A stretch of 64,000 bases of DNA from Thermodesulfobacteriota bacterium (GTDB taxonomy: Bacteria > Desulfobacterota_D > UBA1144 > Nemesobacterales > Nemesobacteraceae). Under the pieces are notes generated by a model, which saw only the letters and a list, made by a program, of their open reading frames with translations, searched no databases and was not told the origin of the DNA. The stretch spans positions 16,792-80,791 of the forward strand of contig OZ245933.1 in assembly GCA_965229995.1 (NCBI GenBank), in the 5' to 3' direction. Both the position numbers and the translations under genes were made by a program. Below are positions 9,183 through 19,884 of the stretch, piece by piece (the stretch's first letter is position 1; every line of letters begins with the position of its first letter).

Positions 9183-10775
9183 TTGCCGTTTGATATCATA
9201 AAAAACAAGCAGAACTTCCTTACCCGGGCGGTACTCCTGCTGCTCGCCATTACCTTCGTTATCGGTTTCGGATACGTGGGAGGAATAAGCATCGGCGGGC
9301 GCGGCCCTAGCGGCGGAGCGGCGGTCGAGGTAAACGGGGACAAGGTTTCCCTCGCGCAGTTCTATAACTTGAGAGACTCGATGCTTGACCGCTTGCGCCG
9401 GAGCGATCAGGAAATTTCAGATGAGCTTTTTGAATACGTGAATTTTTCCGTGGTCGATTCGCTGGTCAACAAGAAGCTGCTCGCCCAGAAGGCGGACGAA
9501 CTCGGAATCAGGGTAAGCCAGGAAGAGCTTTCAGATGCCATAAGAAACGATCCCGGTTTCCAGGTGGACGGCGCTTTCGTGGGTTTTGAGCGCTACAGGG
9601 ACTTTATCGCGAGGGGACTTAACCGCACCGTTAAGGATTTCGAGGATTCCTACAGGGAGGACCTCCTTGTGGAGAAGCTCGTTTCGGTCATTGACAGCTC
9701 GGTGATTGCAAGCGACGAGGAGCTTTTAAGCATTTACAGGACTCGCGAAGAAAAAATCGATCTCAATTACGTCTCGTTTGCGGCCGAAGACTATCTTGAG
9801 GGCAAGGAAGCGAGCGTAGAGGAAATCGCCCGGTATTACAGGGGGAACACCGATCTTTTCTGGGAACCCGAGAAAAGATCGGTGCGCTACGTTAAACTCG
9901 CTCCCGAGGATTTTGCCGCAGACGCCGAGGTCTCCGACGAAGAAATCGAGGCCTACTACAGGACCTACTCCGATGAATTCGCCTCCGGGAAGGACACAAA
10001 GCCGCTCTCGGACGTAAAGGCGGAGATAAAAAAACAGCTCGTTGATGGGAAGTCATCCCTTCTTTACGACCGGTTCCTTGAGGAATTTCTTCGGGGGAAA
10101 CGCTCTTTCTCTGACCTTCTTTCCGAAAGAAGCTCCCTTGAGGTTAAGGAAACAGCGGAGTTTACTCTTGGGTATGGGGGAGGAGACATTCCCGGTGCTG
10201 TAAGAAGAGAGGCTTTTTCGGTTAAGAAAAACAGGCTTTCAAACGTGGTTCTTCGGGACTTCACCTGGTTTTTCGAGGTAACCCACGTCGAACCCTCGAA
10301 GCGCTCGGGGCTTGAGTCCGCGCGCGGGGAGATTCTCGAGACTCTCAAAAAGGAAAAAGCAGTCAAGCGGGCAAGGGAGTCCGCCGGAAGCGATCTCGGA
10401 GAGATACGGGCCTCGGGCAAAGGTTTCGCCAAGGCCGCCAAGTCTCTTGACCTTGTGGTGGAGCAGACCGGGTTTTTCTCAAGGTCTGATAACCCTCTCG
10501 GGATTGAATCCGGGGATTTCGTATCCGATGTCTTCGGGCTCAGAAGCGACCGGCCGACGCCGGATCGCGTCTATAAGTCCGGGAAGACTTTCTACATAGT
10601 GTCGCTTGCCAAGATAAAACCCGTTGACAGCGGGGCTTTCGGGCTTGAGAAGGATTATTTCAGGCAGCGGGAACTCTCGGCGCGAAAGACACTTGTGATC
10701 GAACGTCTGCTTGAGAATCTGAGAGAAAACTCCAAAATCTCCCACAACAAAAACCTCCTTTCCCAGGGAGGGTGA
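9183..10775 (+). CDS. PpiD-like periplasmic chaperone (SurA N-terminal domain protein, membrane anchored)
   Basis: Single N-terminal TM helix followed by a long periplasmic region with SurA_N-like composition. I did not see a clear parvulin catalytic motif. Confidence 0.5.
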   Translation: MPFDIIKNKQNFLTRAVLLLLAITFVIGFGYVGGISIGGRGPSGGAAVEVNGDKVSLAQFYNLRDSMLDRLRRSDQEISDELFEYVNFSVVDSLVNKKLLAQKADELGIRVSQEELSDAIRNDPGFQVDGAFVGFERYRDFIARGLNRTVKDFEDSYREDLLVEKLVSVIDSSVIASDEELLSIYRTREEKIDLNYVSFAAEDYLEGKEASVEEIARYYRGNTDLFWEPEKRSVRYVKLAPEDFAADAEVSDEEIEAYYRTYSDEFASGKDTKPLSDVKAEIKKQLVDGKSSLLYDRFLEEFLRGKRSFSDLLSERSSLEVKETAEFTLGYGGGDIPGAVRREAFSVKKNRLSNVVLRDFTWFFEVTHVEPSKRSGLESARGEILETLKKEKAVKRARESAGSDLGEIRASGKGFAKAAKSLDLVVEQTGFFSRSDNPLGIESGDFVSDVFGLRSDRPTPDRVYKSGKTFYIVSLAKIKPVDSGAFGLEKDYFRQRELSARKTLVIERLLENLRENSKISHNKNLLSQGG

Positions 10776-10791
10776 ATTTCCGCGCGGAAAG

Positions 10792-10821
10792 TTGGAAATA
10801 TTCCAGGATTTGTGGTATAAT
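10792..10821 (+). promoter_or_regulatory. Near-consensus sigma70 promoter (TTGGAA-N18-TGgTATAAT, extended -10)
   Basis: TTGGAA at 10792-10797; TG at 10812-10813; TATAAT at 10816-10821. Confidence 0.45.
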
Positions 10822-10869
10822 CAGAACTGACCGGAAGACCATGATTGATAAGGAATCTTTTTTCACATA

Positions 10870-10900
10870 CCGCCGAAGTTATACCACGGCGGTTTTCTTC
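10870..10900 (+). terminator. Rho-independent terminator-like hairpin
   Basis: CCGCCG (10870-10875), an 11-nt loop, then CGGCGG (10887-10892), followed by TTTTCTTC. Confidence 0.5.
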
Positions 10901-10996
10901 AGGATTCTGGCCCCATCAGGGCTTCTATAATGAACACGGGAGTTTGAACTTTCCCGGTTACGGCAAGGGTTTTGCGTAAAACCGGCTGCGGCGCGC

Positions 10997-13900
10997 GTGA
11001 ACGTCACGATGTCAGGTCGCAGTTCTCCCATGAGAATTAAAGCACTTGAAATAGCAGGTTTTAAATCTTTTTACCTGAAGACGAAGATAGACTTCTCCGA
11101 GGGTATAACCGCCATAGTCGGTCCCAACGGCTGCGGAAAATCCAATATTCTCGACGCCATCAGATGGGTGGTCGGCGAACATAATCCCAGACAACTGCGC
11201 GCAGGGGGAATGGAAGACATTATTTCCAACGGAAGCGCCGAGCTCAAGCCACTGGGCATGGCCGACGTTTCCATGGTTCTTGAAGGGGTCGAGGACTTCG
11301 GTTTCGAGGAAGTCAGAATCCGAAGGAAACTTTACCGCTCGGGTGAAAGCGAATACAGCATAAACGGGGTTAAATGCCGCCTAAAGGATATAACCGAGAT
11401 GCTTCTTGACACGGGAATGGGCGCGAGGGCCTATTCGATCGTCGAGCAGGGGCAGATCGAGTCCTTCATAATGTCAAAGCCCGAAGAGAAAAGAAAATTT
11501 ATAGAGGAAGTGGCGGGGATCGAGAAATACAAGCTCAGAAGAAAAGAGACCCGAAGCAGAATAGAATCAACCAAGGAGAACCTCTCCCGCGTTCTTGACA
11601 TGAAGCGTGAGGTGTCAGACCGCATCGAGGCGGTAGCCCTGCAGGCAAAGCGCGCCAGACAGTATGGGGAGCTTACCGAGCGGGCCCGCTCGCTTGAATT
11701 CGATGTGCTCTCGGCCAAGCTCGAAAACTCGGAGAAGCGCAGGAAAACGCTTCTTGAAAAAAAGCTCGGGGCAGAGGAACTCGTCCTCTCGGCCGACTCT
11801 GGAAAAGAGGAAAAATACGGATTGCTTCAAAGCGCGAGGGAGAAAAACTCCGTCTCGGGCCAGCAGCTGGGATCCCTTGAGAAGGAAATCTACGAGCTTC
11901 GGGCGCAGAAAAAGGAAACCGAATACCGCAGAGCCTCGATTGAACGGGAGATCGCCGGGATTTCGGGCTACGTAAAGGACATCGAGGCCGAGATAGAGAG
12001 CCTGGGGCACGAAATTTCGGACATGGAGGAGAAAAGCAGCCGCGCCGAGCGCCGGTCCGGAGAGCTTAAAAACACCCGTCTCTCGGCTTCCGAGGAGATT
12101 TCGCGCGAGGAAGAGAATCTTGCGCTTCTAAAAAGCGAATGGGAGCACAGCAAAAAGGAGCTTGATGAAACGGGAAGCCATCTCTCGGACGTGATGACCA
12201 GGAGAAGCTCGATTGGAAGCACGATAGGAGCTTTCTCAAAGGAGCTTGAAGAGCTTGCGGAGAAAAAAGAGGCGCTTGAGGGGGAAGCCGAAGCCCTGGG
12301 ACTTGAAAAACTCGACTGCGAGCAAAAACTCGCTTCCCTTCGCCACCTTGAGGGCGAAATAAAAAGCGAGTTCACCTCTGCCGCCAAGGAAAAAGAAGAA
12401 ATCGATTCGCGCCTTTACGACCGTAGGGTTGAGCACGAGAAAAAACTCGGGGAACTGAGGGCCCTTGAGGGCAGAAAAAAAGACTGTGTCTCTAGGATGG
12501 AGGCCCTTAACAGAATACAGAGCAATTACGAGTGGCTTCCCGACGCCACGCGCAAGTTCGTGGTTGAGCGCAAGCAAAGGGGCGTGCTCGGGGTCGTTTC
12601 CGATTTCGTTTCCGTTCCGAGAAACTACGAAAGAGCGGTCGAGGCGGCCTTCGGGGAGAAACTCAACTGGATAGTGGTTGAGGGAAGCACGGAGGCGGTC
12701 GCCGCCGTTGAGCTTCTAAGGGAGTTTGACGTGGGAAGGGGAACCTTCATACCGGCCACAGACCAGTTTGCCGCCCGAAACGGCGCAAGCAATGGCCACG
12801 GCAAGCCCGATGCCACTTCGCTAAACAGCCTTCTTGACGTGAAAACAATAGGTAAGACCCTTGTCGACTCGATGCTTCAGGAAGTCTATGTAACTTCCGA
12901 CCTAAGGGAAGCTATCAGGCTTAAGAACCGGACGGGAAACGGCGCGTGCTTCGCCACGCTTGAAGGAGACTACGTCGATTCCCACGGGGCCATAACCGGC
13001 GGAAAATCCTCGGCGGGCGTGTTTGAGAGAAAAAGGGAAATCGAGGAGCTTGAGGAACAGGCGCGGGTCCTTTCGGCCCATGTTGAGGAATCGGAGGCGG
13101 CCTGCAAGGCGCTTCGCGAGGAGATGGATAAGCTTGAGAGCCGCCGCACGCAGGTCGAGGAGCTTCTTCGACGCTGCGAGATAAGCTCTGTTGAAAACGT
13201 AAAGGACCGCTCGAACGTGGAGACCAGAATAGAGGAGCTGGGGACGAGAATCGGGAACCTGAGTGCGCAGCGCGAGGATCTTGAGCGCAAGCTCGGGAGC
13301 AAAAACCGCACCGTTGAGGAAATGGAATCGCTTATAGAGCAGCTTGACGGTGAAAGAAGTGCCCTTGAGTCAAAATACGAGGAAATCGAAGAACGGGCTC
13401 TTGCGTTTGCGGATGAGGAAAACGCGCTTCAGGAGAACATAACGAAGCTCAGGATAGATAACGCCGGGGTTTTTGAAAGGGAAAAGGCCCTTGAGAACGA
13501 GAAATCGGAGGCCGAAAGAATAAAGGCGGTCATAAATGAGAAGCTTCTGCTTCGAAAAAAAGACGTGGAGCTTAAAAAGGGCGAAGGGGAAGCTCTTGCT
13601 CTGTCAAGACGCGAGTCAGAAGAGGAGTTTGAGAAAATCTCCTGCGACCTCGACTTAAGAGAGGAATCTTTCGGGGAACTCGAGAAAAAAGTGTCGCGCT
13701 ACGCAGAGGAACTCAGAAGATGCGAAGAGGAATTTGAAGCCGCTTCCGGGGAACTTTCGTCGCGGAGGGAGCAATTTGCCTCGGCGCAGGCGCAGCTTGA
13801 CCGCGCGGAGGACGAGTTTGAGTATCTTAACGAACGGTACAGCACGGTATTCGGCGACGATCTTCCCGATACCTTCGCAAAGCGGGATCTCTCCGCCGTT

Positions 13901-14551
13901 TCGATACCCGAGGGAGAGAGAGAGCTTAAGACGCTTCGGCGGCGCATAGAGAATTTCGGTCCCGTCAACCTGCTGGCGCCCGAGGAATACGAACAGCTTG
14001 AGGAAAGAAACGGTTTTCTCCAGCGCCAGACCGACGACCTTGCCCGGGCGCTTGATTACCTCGAAAGCGCGATAAGGAAACTCGACAGGGAGTCGGTTTC
14101 GAGGTTCAGGGAGGCGTTTGAGACTGTGAACAGGAAATTCAGCAATACTTTCTGCAAGCTTTTCGAAAACGGAGAGGGGCGCCTCGAGCTTGTCGATCCC
14201 ACTAACCTGCTTGAAACCGGAGTGGAGGTCATGATCAGGCCTGGAGGAAAGAGATTCCAGCCCATAAACCTGCTCTCGGGAGGAGAAAAAGCGCTCTCGG
14301 CCATAGCGGTCATAATCTCCGCGTGCCTGGTAAAGCCGGTCCCCTTTGTCTTCCTAGATGAGATAGACGCCGCTCTTGATGAAGTGAACACCGTGAGGTT
14401 CAACAAGATCCTAAACGAGATCTCGGTCCACTCCCAGGTGGCCGTTATCACCCATAACAGAAGAACCATGCATGAAGCCGGTGCGCTTATAGGCATAACC
14501 ACAGACGGCACCGCGGCATCGAGGGTTGTAAGCGTAAAGCTTGACGCCTGA
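10997..14551 (+). CDS. smc: Chromosome segregation protein SMC
   Basis: N-terminal Walker A (GPNGCGKSNILDAIRWVVGE), long coiled-coil arms, a hinge, and the C-terminal LSGGEKAL signature with a Walker B (FVFLDEIDAALD). 1184 aa. Confidence 0.95.
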   Translation: MNVTMSGRSSPMRIKALEIAGFKSFYLKTKIDFSEGITAIVGPNGCGKSNILDAIRWVVGEHNPRQLRAGGMEDIISNGSAELKPLGMADVSMVLEGVEDFGFEEVRIRRKLYRSGESEYSINGVKCRLKDITEMLLDTGMGARAYSIVEQGQIESFIMSKPEEKRKFIEEVAGIEKYKLRRKETRSRIESTKENLSRVLDMKREVSDRIEAVALQAKRARQYGELTERARSLEFDVLSAKLENSEKRRKTLLEKKLGAEELVLSADSGKEEKYGLLQSAREKNSVSGQQLGSLEKEIYELRAQKKETEYRRASIEREIAGISGYVKDIEAEIESLGHEISDMEEKSSRAERRSGELKNTRLSASEEISREEENLALLKSEWEHSKKELDETGSHLSDVMTRRSSIGSTIGAFSKELEELAEKKEALEGEAEALGLEKLDCEQKLASLRHLEGEIKSEFTSAAKEKEEIDSRLYDRRVEHEKKLGELRALEGRKKDCVSRMEALNRIQSNYEWLPDATRKFVVERKQRGVLGVVSDFVSVPRNYERAVEAAFGEKLNWIVVEGSTEAVAAVELLREFDVGRGTFIPATDQFAARNGASNGHGKPDATSLNSLLDVKTIGKTLVDSMLQEVYVTSDLREAIRLKNRTGNGACFATLEGDYVDSHGAITGGKSSAGVFERKREIEELEEQARVLSAHVEESEAACKALREEMDKLESRRTQVEELLRRCEISSVENVKDRSNVETRIEELGTRIGNLSAQREDLERKLGSKNRTVEEMESLIEQLDGERSALESKYEEIEERALAFADEENALQENITKLRIDNAGVFEREKALENEKSEAERIKAVINEKLLLRKKDVELKKGEGEALALSRRESEEEFEKISCDLDLREESFGELEKKVSRYAEELRRCEEEFEAASGELSSRREQFASAQAQLDRAEDEFEYLNERYSTVFGDDLPDTFAKRDLSAVSIPEGERELKTLRRRIENFGPVNLLAPEEYEQLEERNGFLQRQTDDLARALDYLESAIRKLDRESVSRFREAFETVNRKFSNTFCKLFENGEGRLELVDPTNLLETGVEVMIRPGGKRFQPINLLSGGEKALSAIAVIISACLVKPVPFVFLDEIDAALDEVNTVRFNKILNEISVHSQVAVITHNRRTMHEAGALIGITTDGTAASRVVSVKLDA

Positions 14552-14662
14552 GGTCACCCCGGGAGAATTTCCTTGTCTATTTCCAACGGATTATTAGACT
14601 GTTTGAGGAGGGCTGTTCCCGGATGTTCCGGGGCCCGGTAGCAAAGGAGACCGCTTCGGCGC

Positions 14663-17518
14663 ATGATTTCTTATCTGCTAAAAAAAATAGTTGGCTCGCA
14701 GAATGAGAGGGAAGTGAAAAAGCTCGGAATGCTGGCCGAGCGGATAAACGCCCTTGAAGAAACGCTGGTTAAAGTTCCTACCCCGGAGCTTTGCGTGAAA
14801 ACCGAGCAATTCCGGGAACTGATCCGCTCCCGCCTCGGTTCCAACGGAGACCTGGCCGACGAGAAATACTTCGCGGAGATGGAGCAGGTCCTCGAGGAGA
14901 TCCTGCCCGAGGCGTTCGCCGCCGTAAGGGAAGCGTCGAGAAGAACGATAGCCATGAGGCATTTTGACGTCCAGATGATAGGTGGGATGGTTCTTCACAG
15001 AGGCAGCATAGCGGAGATGAGAACCGGGGAAGGAAAGACCCTGGTGGCCGTCCTGCCCCTTTACCTAAACGCCCTCGCGGGGCTCGGTTCCCACTTGATT
15101 ACCGTAAACGATTATCTGGCAGCCAGGGACGCCGCCTGGATGTCGCCGGTTTTCATGGTCTTGGATATGAAAGTCGGGGTTGTAAATCACGACGCCTCCT
15201 ACGTGCTTGCCTGGGAGGATCCGAAGCGGGCCGAAGAGTCCATAGAGAAAAACCTGACCGCGTGGCCGAACGAGTACCTCGCAAGCGACATTCTTCCCGA
15301 AAAAAACCTTGAGATCATGAATTCCTTCAAGACATGTCTTGAGCCTTCATCCAGACAGGATTCCTACGGGGCGGATATTACCTACGGTACCAACAACGAG
15401 TTCGGTTTCGACTACCTGCGCGACAACATGAAATTCTCCCTTGAGGATTACGTTCAGCGCGACCACAATTTCGCCATAGTGGACGAGGTCGACAGCATCC
15501 TTATAGACGAGGCGAGAACCCCGCTTATAATTTCCGGACCCTCGGAGGGCTCAACCGATCTTTACTACGCTGTGGACAGGGTGGTAAGGACACTCTCGAA
15601 GGAAAGCGATTTCACTGTGGATGAGAAATCAAGGCAGGTGGACTTGAGCGAAGAGGGAGTTTCCAAGGTGGAGCGGGCCCTTGACGTTCCGAACCTCTAC
15701 GACCCCGTTAACCTCAAGATTCTTCACCACGTGAACCAGTCCCTTAAGGCCAATACTCTTTTCAGCCGCGATGTCGACTACATGATGCAGGATGGAAAGG
15801 TGGTGATAGTCGACGAGTTCACGGGAAGGCTTATGCCCGGGCGCAGGTGGAGCGACGGGCTTCATCAGGCGGTTGAGGCCAAGGAAGGGGTGGAAATCGA
15901 AAGCGAGAACCAGACGATGGCCACCATAACCATCCAGAACTATTTCAGGATGTACAGAAAACTTGCCGGGATGACCGGTACCGCCGACACAGAAGCGTTT
16001 GAGTTCAATCATATATACAGTCTTGACGTCACCGTGATACCGACCCATAAGCTCCTTATTAGAAAGGATTACAACGACGTTGTGTACAAAACCGAGCGCG
16101 AAAAGTTTAACGCCGCGTGCGCCGAGATAAAGGAAATGAATTCCGCTGGCCGTCCGGTGCTTGTCGGCACCTCCTCAATCGAGCAGTCGGAAAAACTGAG
16201 CGACTACCTTGAGAAAATCGGTCTTAAGCACAACATTCTCAACGCCAAGCAACATGGAAAGGAGGCCGAGGTCGTCGCCCAGGCGGGCAGGATTGAAGCT
16301 ATAACCATAGCGACCAACATGGCGGGGCGGGGAACGGACATACTGCTCGGCGGAAACCCCGAGTTTCTCGCAAGGGATATTCTCAGGAAGGATTTCCGCA
16401 TCCAGCCCGATGAAGCGGAACCGAAGCAGTACGAGGAAGTGCTTTTCGAGGCGAAATCGATCTGCGATTCGGAAAAGGAAAAAGTGAAGGAGCTCGGCGG
16501 TCTCCACATTCTCTCGGTCGAAAGACACGAGGCGAGGAGAATAGACAATCAGTTTAGGGGAAGAGCGGGAAGGCAGGGAGATGCCGGGTCTTCAAGATTC
16601 TACGTTTCCCTTGAAGACGATCTGATGCGCATTTTCGCCTCGGAGAGGATAACGGGTGTTATGGACAAGCTCGGCTGGGAGGAAGGGGAGCCGATCGAGC
16701 ACTCTATGATAAGCAAGTCGATTGAAAATGCGCAGAAAAAGGTCGAGGGGAGAAATTTTGACATACGGAAGCATCTTCTAAAATATGACGATGTTCTCAA
16801 CACGCAAAGGGATATTGTCTACAAGCAGCGCCGCGAAATTCTGGAAGGCGGCGAGAACCTGAGGGAAATGCTTTTTTCATCTTCAGAAGACGTCGTGCGG
16901 GAGGTAGTGGGCAGTTACCTTGCGGAGCGGGACGACCGCTCGGAGTCTGATTTCTCCGCACTCTCCGAAGCTCTTGGAAGAATCTTCGGAACGCAGGTCG
17001 ACATAACGGTTTCCGGCAAGGCGGACAGCGATGCAATAACGGATGAAGTCGTCGACAAGCTGATCGTGGCATACCAGGAAAAAAAGGAGCAGATAGGTTC
17101 TGAGAACCTCACGCAGATCGAGCGTTACGTCATGCTTCAGCACATCGATTACCTCTGGAAGGATCATCTTCTTAATATGGATCACCTGAGGGAAGGGGTG
17201 GGGCTCAGGGGATACGCGCAGCAAGACCCCCTTCGGGAATACACCAAAGAGGGTTTTGGTATGTTCACTCTGATTATGGACAAGTTCAAAATGGACGTCT
17301 GCGCGAATCTTTTCAGGATACAGCCTGCAAGTGAAGAGCAGATCCAGGAACTTGAGAGGGAAAGGGAGCTTGAGGAAAAAAAGATGGTGCTCGGGCGGGG
17401 AAAAGGTTCAGAAGAAAAGGCCAAGACCCCGGTCAGGAGAACGCAGAAAAAAGTCGGTCGAAACGACCCATGCCCCTGCGGCAGCGGCAAGAAGTACAAA
17501 AAGTGCTGCGGCCGGTAA
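14663..17518 (+). CDS. secA: Preprotein translocase ATPase SecA
   Basis: DEAD-like motor motifs ([16 protein letters not shown]; [19 protein letters not shown]). The C-terminal zinc-binding tail is [14 protein letters not shown]. Confidence 0.95.
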   Translation: MISYLLKKIVGSQNEREVKKLGMLAERINALEETLVKVPTPELCVKTEQFRELIRSRLGSNGDLADEKYFAEMEQVLEEILPEAFAAVREASRRTIAMRHFDVQMIGGMVLHRGSIAEMRTGEGKTLVAVLPLYLNALAGLGSHLITVNDYLAARDAAWMSPVFMVLDMKVGVVNHDASYVLAWEDPKRAEESIEKNLTAWPNEYLASDILPEKNLEIMNSFKTCLEPSSRQDSYGADITYGTNNEFGFDYLRDNMKFSLEDYVQRDHNFAIVDEVDSILIDEARTPLIISGPSEGSTDLYYAVDRVVRTLSKESDFTVDEKSRQVDLSEEGVSKVERALDVPNLYDPVNLKILHHVNQSLKANTLFSRDVDYMMQDGKVVIVDEFTGRLMPGRRWSDGLHQAVEAKEGVEIESENQTMATITIQNYFRMYRKLAGMTGTADTEAFEFNHIYSLDVTVIPTHKLLIRKDYNDVVYKTEREKFNAACAEIKEMNSAGRPVLVGTSSIEQSEKLSDYLEKIGLKHNILNAKQHGKEAEVVAQAGRIEAITIATNMAGRGTDILLGGNPEFLARDILRKDFRIQPDEAEPKQYEEVLFEAKSICDSEKEKVKELGGLHILSVERHEARRIDNQFRGRAGRQGDAGSSRFYVSLEDDLMRIFASERITGVMDKLGWEEGEPIEHSMISKSIENAQKKVEGRNFDIRKHLLKYDDVLNTQRDIVYKQRREILEGGENLREMLFSSSEDVVREVVGSYLAERDDRSESDFSALSEALGRIFGTQVDITVSGKADSDAITDEVVDKLIVAYQEKKEQIGSENLTQIERYVMLQHIDYLWKDHLLNMDHLREGVGLRGYAQQDPLREYTKEGFGMFTLIMDKFKMDVCANLFRIQPASEEQIQELERERELEEKKMVLGRGKGSEEKAKTPVRRTQKKVGRNDPCPCGSGKKYKKCCGR

Positions 17519-17542
17519 CAATATTTGGAGTAAGGTGCTTTA

Positions 17543-17809
17543 ATGGCGGGAAAAATTTACATTCGCAAGGGTAGAGCCTCTCTTTTCTCTCTTCCCTTTA
17601 TCGCGCTTTTCGTGGTCGTGGCCGTCTGCCTTTTCGCCTTTTTTGGCGTTCTGGCCCTGCTTGCGCTTGGCGTGCTGGGAGCGGGAGCTTCGGTTCTAAG
17701 GAAACTGTTTCCGGGAAAAGACAAAAAAGCTGGCCCCCGCGTGGGCGGACCCGAAGGGGACACTATTACCCTCGGGGAGGACGATTACGAAATAAGGGAT
17801 ATTGACTAG
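17543..17809 (+). CDS. Small hypothetical membrane protein
   Basis: 88 aa with one or two hydrophobic helices (FIALFVVVAVCLFAFFGVLALLALGVLGAG) and an acidic C-terminus. No recognisable family. Confidence 0.3.
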   Translation: MAGKIYIRKGRASLFSLPFIALFVVVAVCLFAFFGVLALLALGVLGAGASVLRKLFPGKDKKAGPRVGGPEGDTITLGEDDYEIRDID

Positions 17810-17837
17810 CCCGCCCAAACGGCGGACTGGGTCAGTA

Positions 17838-18116
17838 TCAGAGCGCCGTTTCTATTTCCCCCGCAAGACCTATGTCTTTTTCCGTGATTCCCCCCTCGCT
17901 GTGGGTTGAAAGCGTGATGGAAACCTTGTTCCACCGGATGAGGATGTCGGGGTGATGATCGGCTCTTTCAGAAAGAAGCGCGACTTTGTTCACAAAGCCC
18001 ATCGAATCAACGAAATTTCTGAGAACGAAGGTCTTTTCTATTTCTTCCCCCTTTCTCTGCCACCCGTCAAGACCCTGAAGCCCGGAAGAAATTTCTTTTT
18101 CGGTTAAAAGTGCCAT
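17838..18116 (-). CDS. phhB: 4a-hydroxytetrahydrobiopterin dehydratase (pterin-4-alpha-carbinolamine dehydratase)
   Basis: 92 aa with the family motifs GW..........F.F.....F.......E...HHPD...W..V.....TH..GG.T..D. Confidence 0.8.
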   Translation of the reverse strand: MALLTEKEISSGLQGLDGWQRKGEEIEKTFVLRNFVDSMGFVNKVALLSERADHHPDILIRWNKVSITLSTHSEGGITEKDIGLAGEIETAL

Positions 18117-18162
18117 ATAGTTCTCCTTGTGAGATTATATATTAACCGGGGGTAGTATTCCA

Positions 18163-18681
18163 TTGAATGAACCTGAAGCGTCGCCGAGAGCCGTTTTTAT
18201 AGGTATCGGAGCTAATCTCGGTTCCGTGCGCGAGAATTTCGCCCGCGCAGTAAGGAGCATAGAAAAGTGCGCGCGCTTGGTGGCCGTATCTTCTCTTTAC
18301 GAATCAGAACCTGTGGGGTTGGAGGACCAGCCGAAGTTCACAAACGCCGTTGTTAAGGTGGAAACGGAACTTTCCCCTTTCGAGCTGCTCGATTGTCTGA
18401 AGGCAATCGAAAAGGAGATTGGAAGAAAAAAAACGGTCAGGTGGGGGCCGAGGGTAATTGATCTTGACATCATCTTCTACGGAGACCTGGTAATAGCCAC
18501 AGATTCTCTCGTCATCCCACACCCGAGAGCGCACGAAAGAAGGTTTGTCCTTGAACCTCTGCTTGAGATAGAGCCGACCGCACGGCATCCGGTGAAGAAC
18601 ATGGCGGTAAGAGATATCTGTTCTGAGCTCGCGGGTTCGCAGGCGATTTCAAAAATGGAAGGTCCCGAGGCGTTTCGCTGA
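18163..18681 (+). CDS. folK: 2-amino-4-hydroxy-6-hydroxymethyldihydropteridine pyrophosphokinase (HPPK)
   Basis: VFIGIGANLG...SSLYESEPVG..QP.F.NAVV...T.L.P..LL..L..IE...GR......WGPRVIDLDIIFYGD: the canonical HPPK pattern. Confidence 0.85.
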   Translation: MNEPEASPRAVFIGIGANLGSVRENFARAVRSIEKCARLVAVSSLYESEPVGLEDQPKFTNAVVKVETELSPFELLDCLKAIEKEIGRKKTVRWGPRVIDLDIIFYGDLVIATDSLVIPHPRAHERRFVLEPLLEIEPTARHPVKNMAVRDICSELAGSQAISKMEGPEAFR

Positions 18682-18702
18682 TCCCCGGTTATGCCGGTGA
18701 GA

Positions 18703-19560
18703 CTATTTGTTCTGCGCGAATGTCTCCGCTGCCTCAAGCGTGTTCCAAAGAAGCATGGTTATGGTCATCGGCCCCACTCCGCCCGGAACGGGGGTTATGT
18801 AGGAGGCTTTTTCCTTTACGTCTTCAAAATCCACGTCTCCGACGATTTTTCCGTCCTCATTCCTGTTTATCCCGACATCAATGACCACCGCCCCGTCCTT
18901 TATCATCTCTTTTTTTATGAACTGGGGGTCTCCTATCGCTATCACCAGAATGTCTGCTATCTTGGTTACAGACTCCAGGTCCTTCGATTCCAGATGCGCT
19001 ATGGTGACGGTAGCGTCTCGGTTAAGCAGCACCGCCGCCGCGGGTTTTCCCACTATATTGCTTTTTCCGATGACTACTACGTGTTTGCCGACTATCTCTA
19101 TGTTGTAATAATCAAGAAGTTTTTCTATTCCGTACGGGGTGCAGGAAATGAGGTTGGGTTCTCCCTGGAACAGCTTTCCCATGTTCTCCGGATGAAAACC
19201 GTCAACATCCTTGTCTGGAGACAGTTTCCTTATCACTTTTGTGGAATCTATATGGGGCGGCAGGGGAAGCTGTACAAGTATGCCGTGGATTTTTTTATCC
19301 AGATTCAGCTGTTCTATAAGTGAAAGAAGTTCATCTTCTGTGATTTCTTCTGGAAGATTGTATTCTTCTGAATGCATCCCGCATTTCCCGCACGCCCTTC
19401 TCTTGTTTCTAACGTATATTTCGGACGCGGGGTCGTTACCGACCAGAACGGAGGCAAGACCGGGCACCACTCCCGTGCGGTCTTTAAGCTCCTTGGTCTT
19501 TCTGATGATTTCCTTTTTAGTCTCTTGAGAGACTTTTTTGCCGTCCATGATTTCAGACAT
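18703..19560 (-). CDS. folD: Bifunctional methylenetetrahydrofolate dehydrogenase/cyclohydrolase
   Basis: 285 aa. The motifs LASVLVGNDPASEIYVRNK, LPLPPHID and VVVIGKSNIVGKP are characteristic of FolD. Confidence 0.9.
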   Translation of the reverse strand: MSEIMDGKKVSQETKKEIIRKTKELKDRTGVVPGLASVLVGNDPASEIYVRNKRRACGKCGMHSEEYNLPEEITEDELLSLIEQLNLDKKIHGILVQLPLPPHIDSTKVIRKLSPDKDVDGFHPENMGKLFQGEPNLISCTPYGIEKLLDYYNIEIVGKHVVVIGKSNIVGKPAAAVLLNRDATVTIAHLESKDLESVTKIADILVIAIGDPQFIKKEMIKDGAVVIDVGINRNEDGKIVGDVDFEDVKEKASYITPVPGGVGPMTITMLLWNTLEAAETFAQNK

Positions 19561-19884
19561 GTTCCGGTTCCTTTCTTTGGAAGATGATTGGTTGGAAAAA
19601 CGATAATATAATCGATTCCGTCAAGTTAATCCATATGGCAAGAGGAGTCGTCTAATACAGTTACTTGTCGGCGAATGCCGAAGTTCCGGTTGATCTGAAA
19701 GAAGGTGATTTAAGGAATGGCTTACTCGCTCAGCTAGGATCCCTGGTCAGACATCTCCGAGCTTTTCCAGAAGTACCGTTCAGAATTTGAGAAATGGTAT
19801 CAATCAGTGGGTAAAGAAAATCTGTGGAAAGAGGCGCGAAAGCTGTAACAACGCATAGCAATCAAAATCAGTCAACCTTAGGTT

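Noticed and set aside
11615-12387. Several 100-140-aa ORFs on both strands inside smc.
   Set aside because: They lie within the coiled-coil-coding part of smc, whose repetitive Glu/Lys/Arg codons give long spurious antisense and alternate-frame ORFs.
19561-19884. ZTP (pfl) riboswitch upstream of folD.
   Set aside because: I looked for the conserved 3' pseudoknot segment (CCGCCUGGGCA-like) and the 5' UGGCG/CCGGG elements on the minus strand and found no convincing match.
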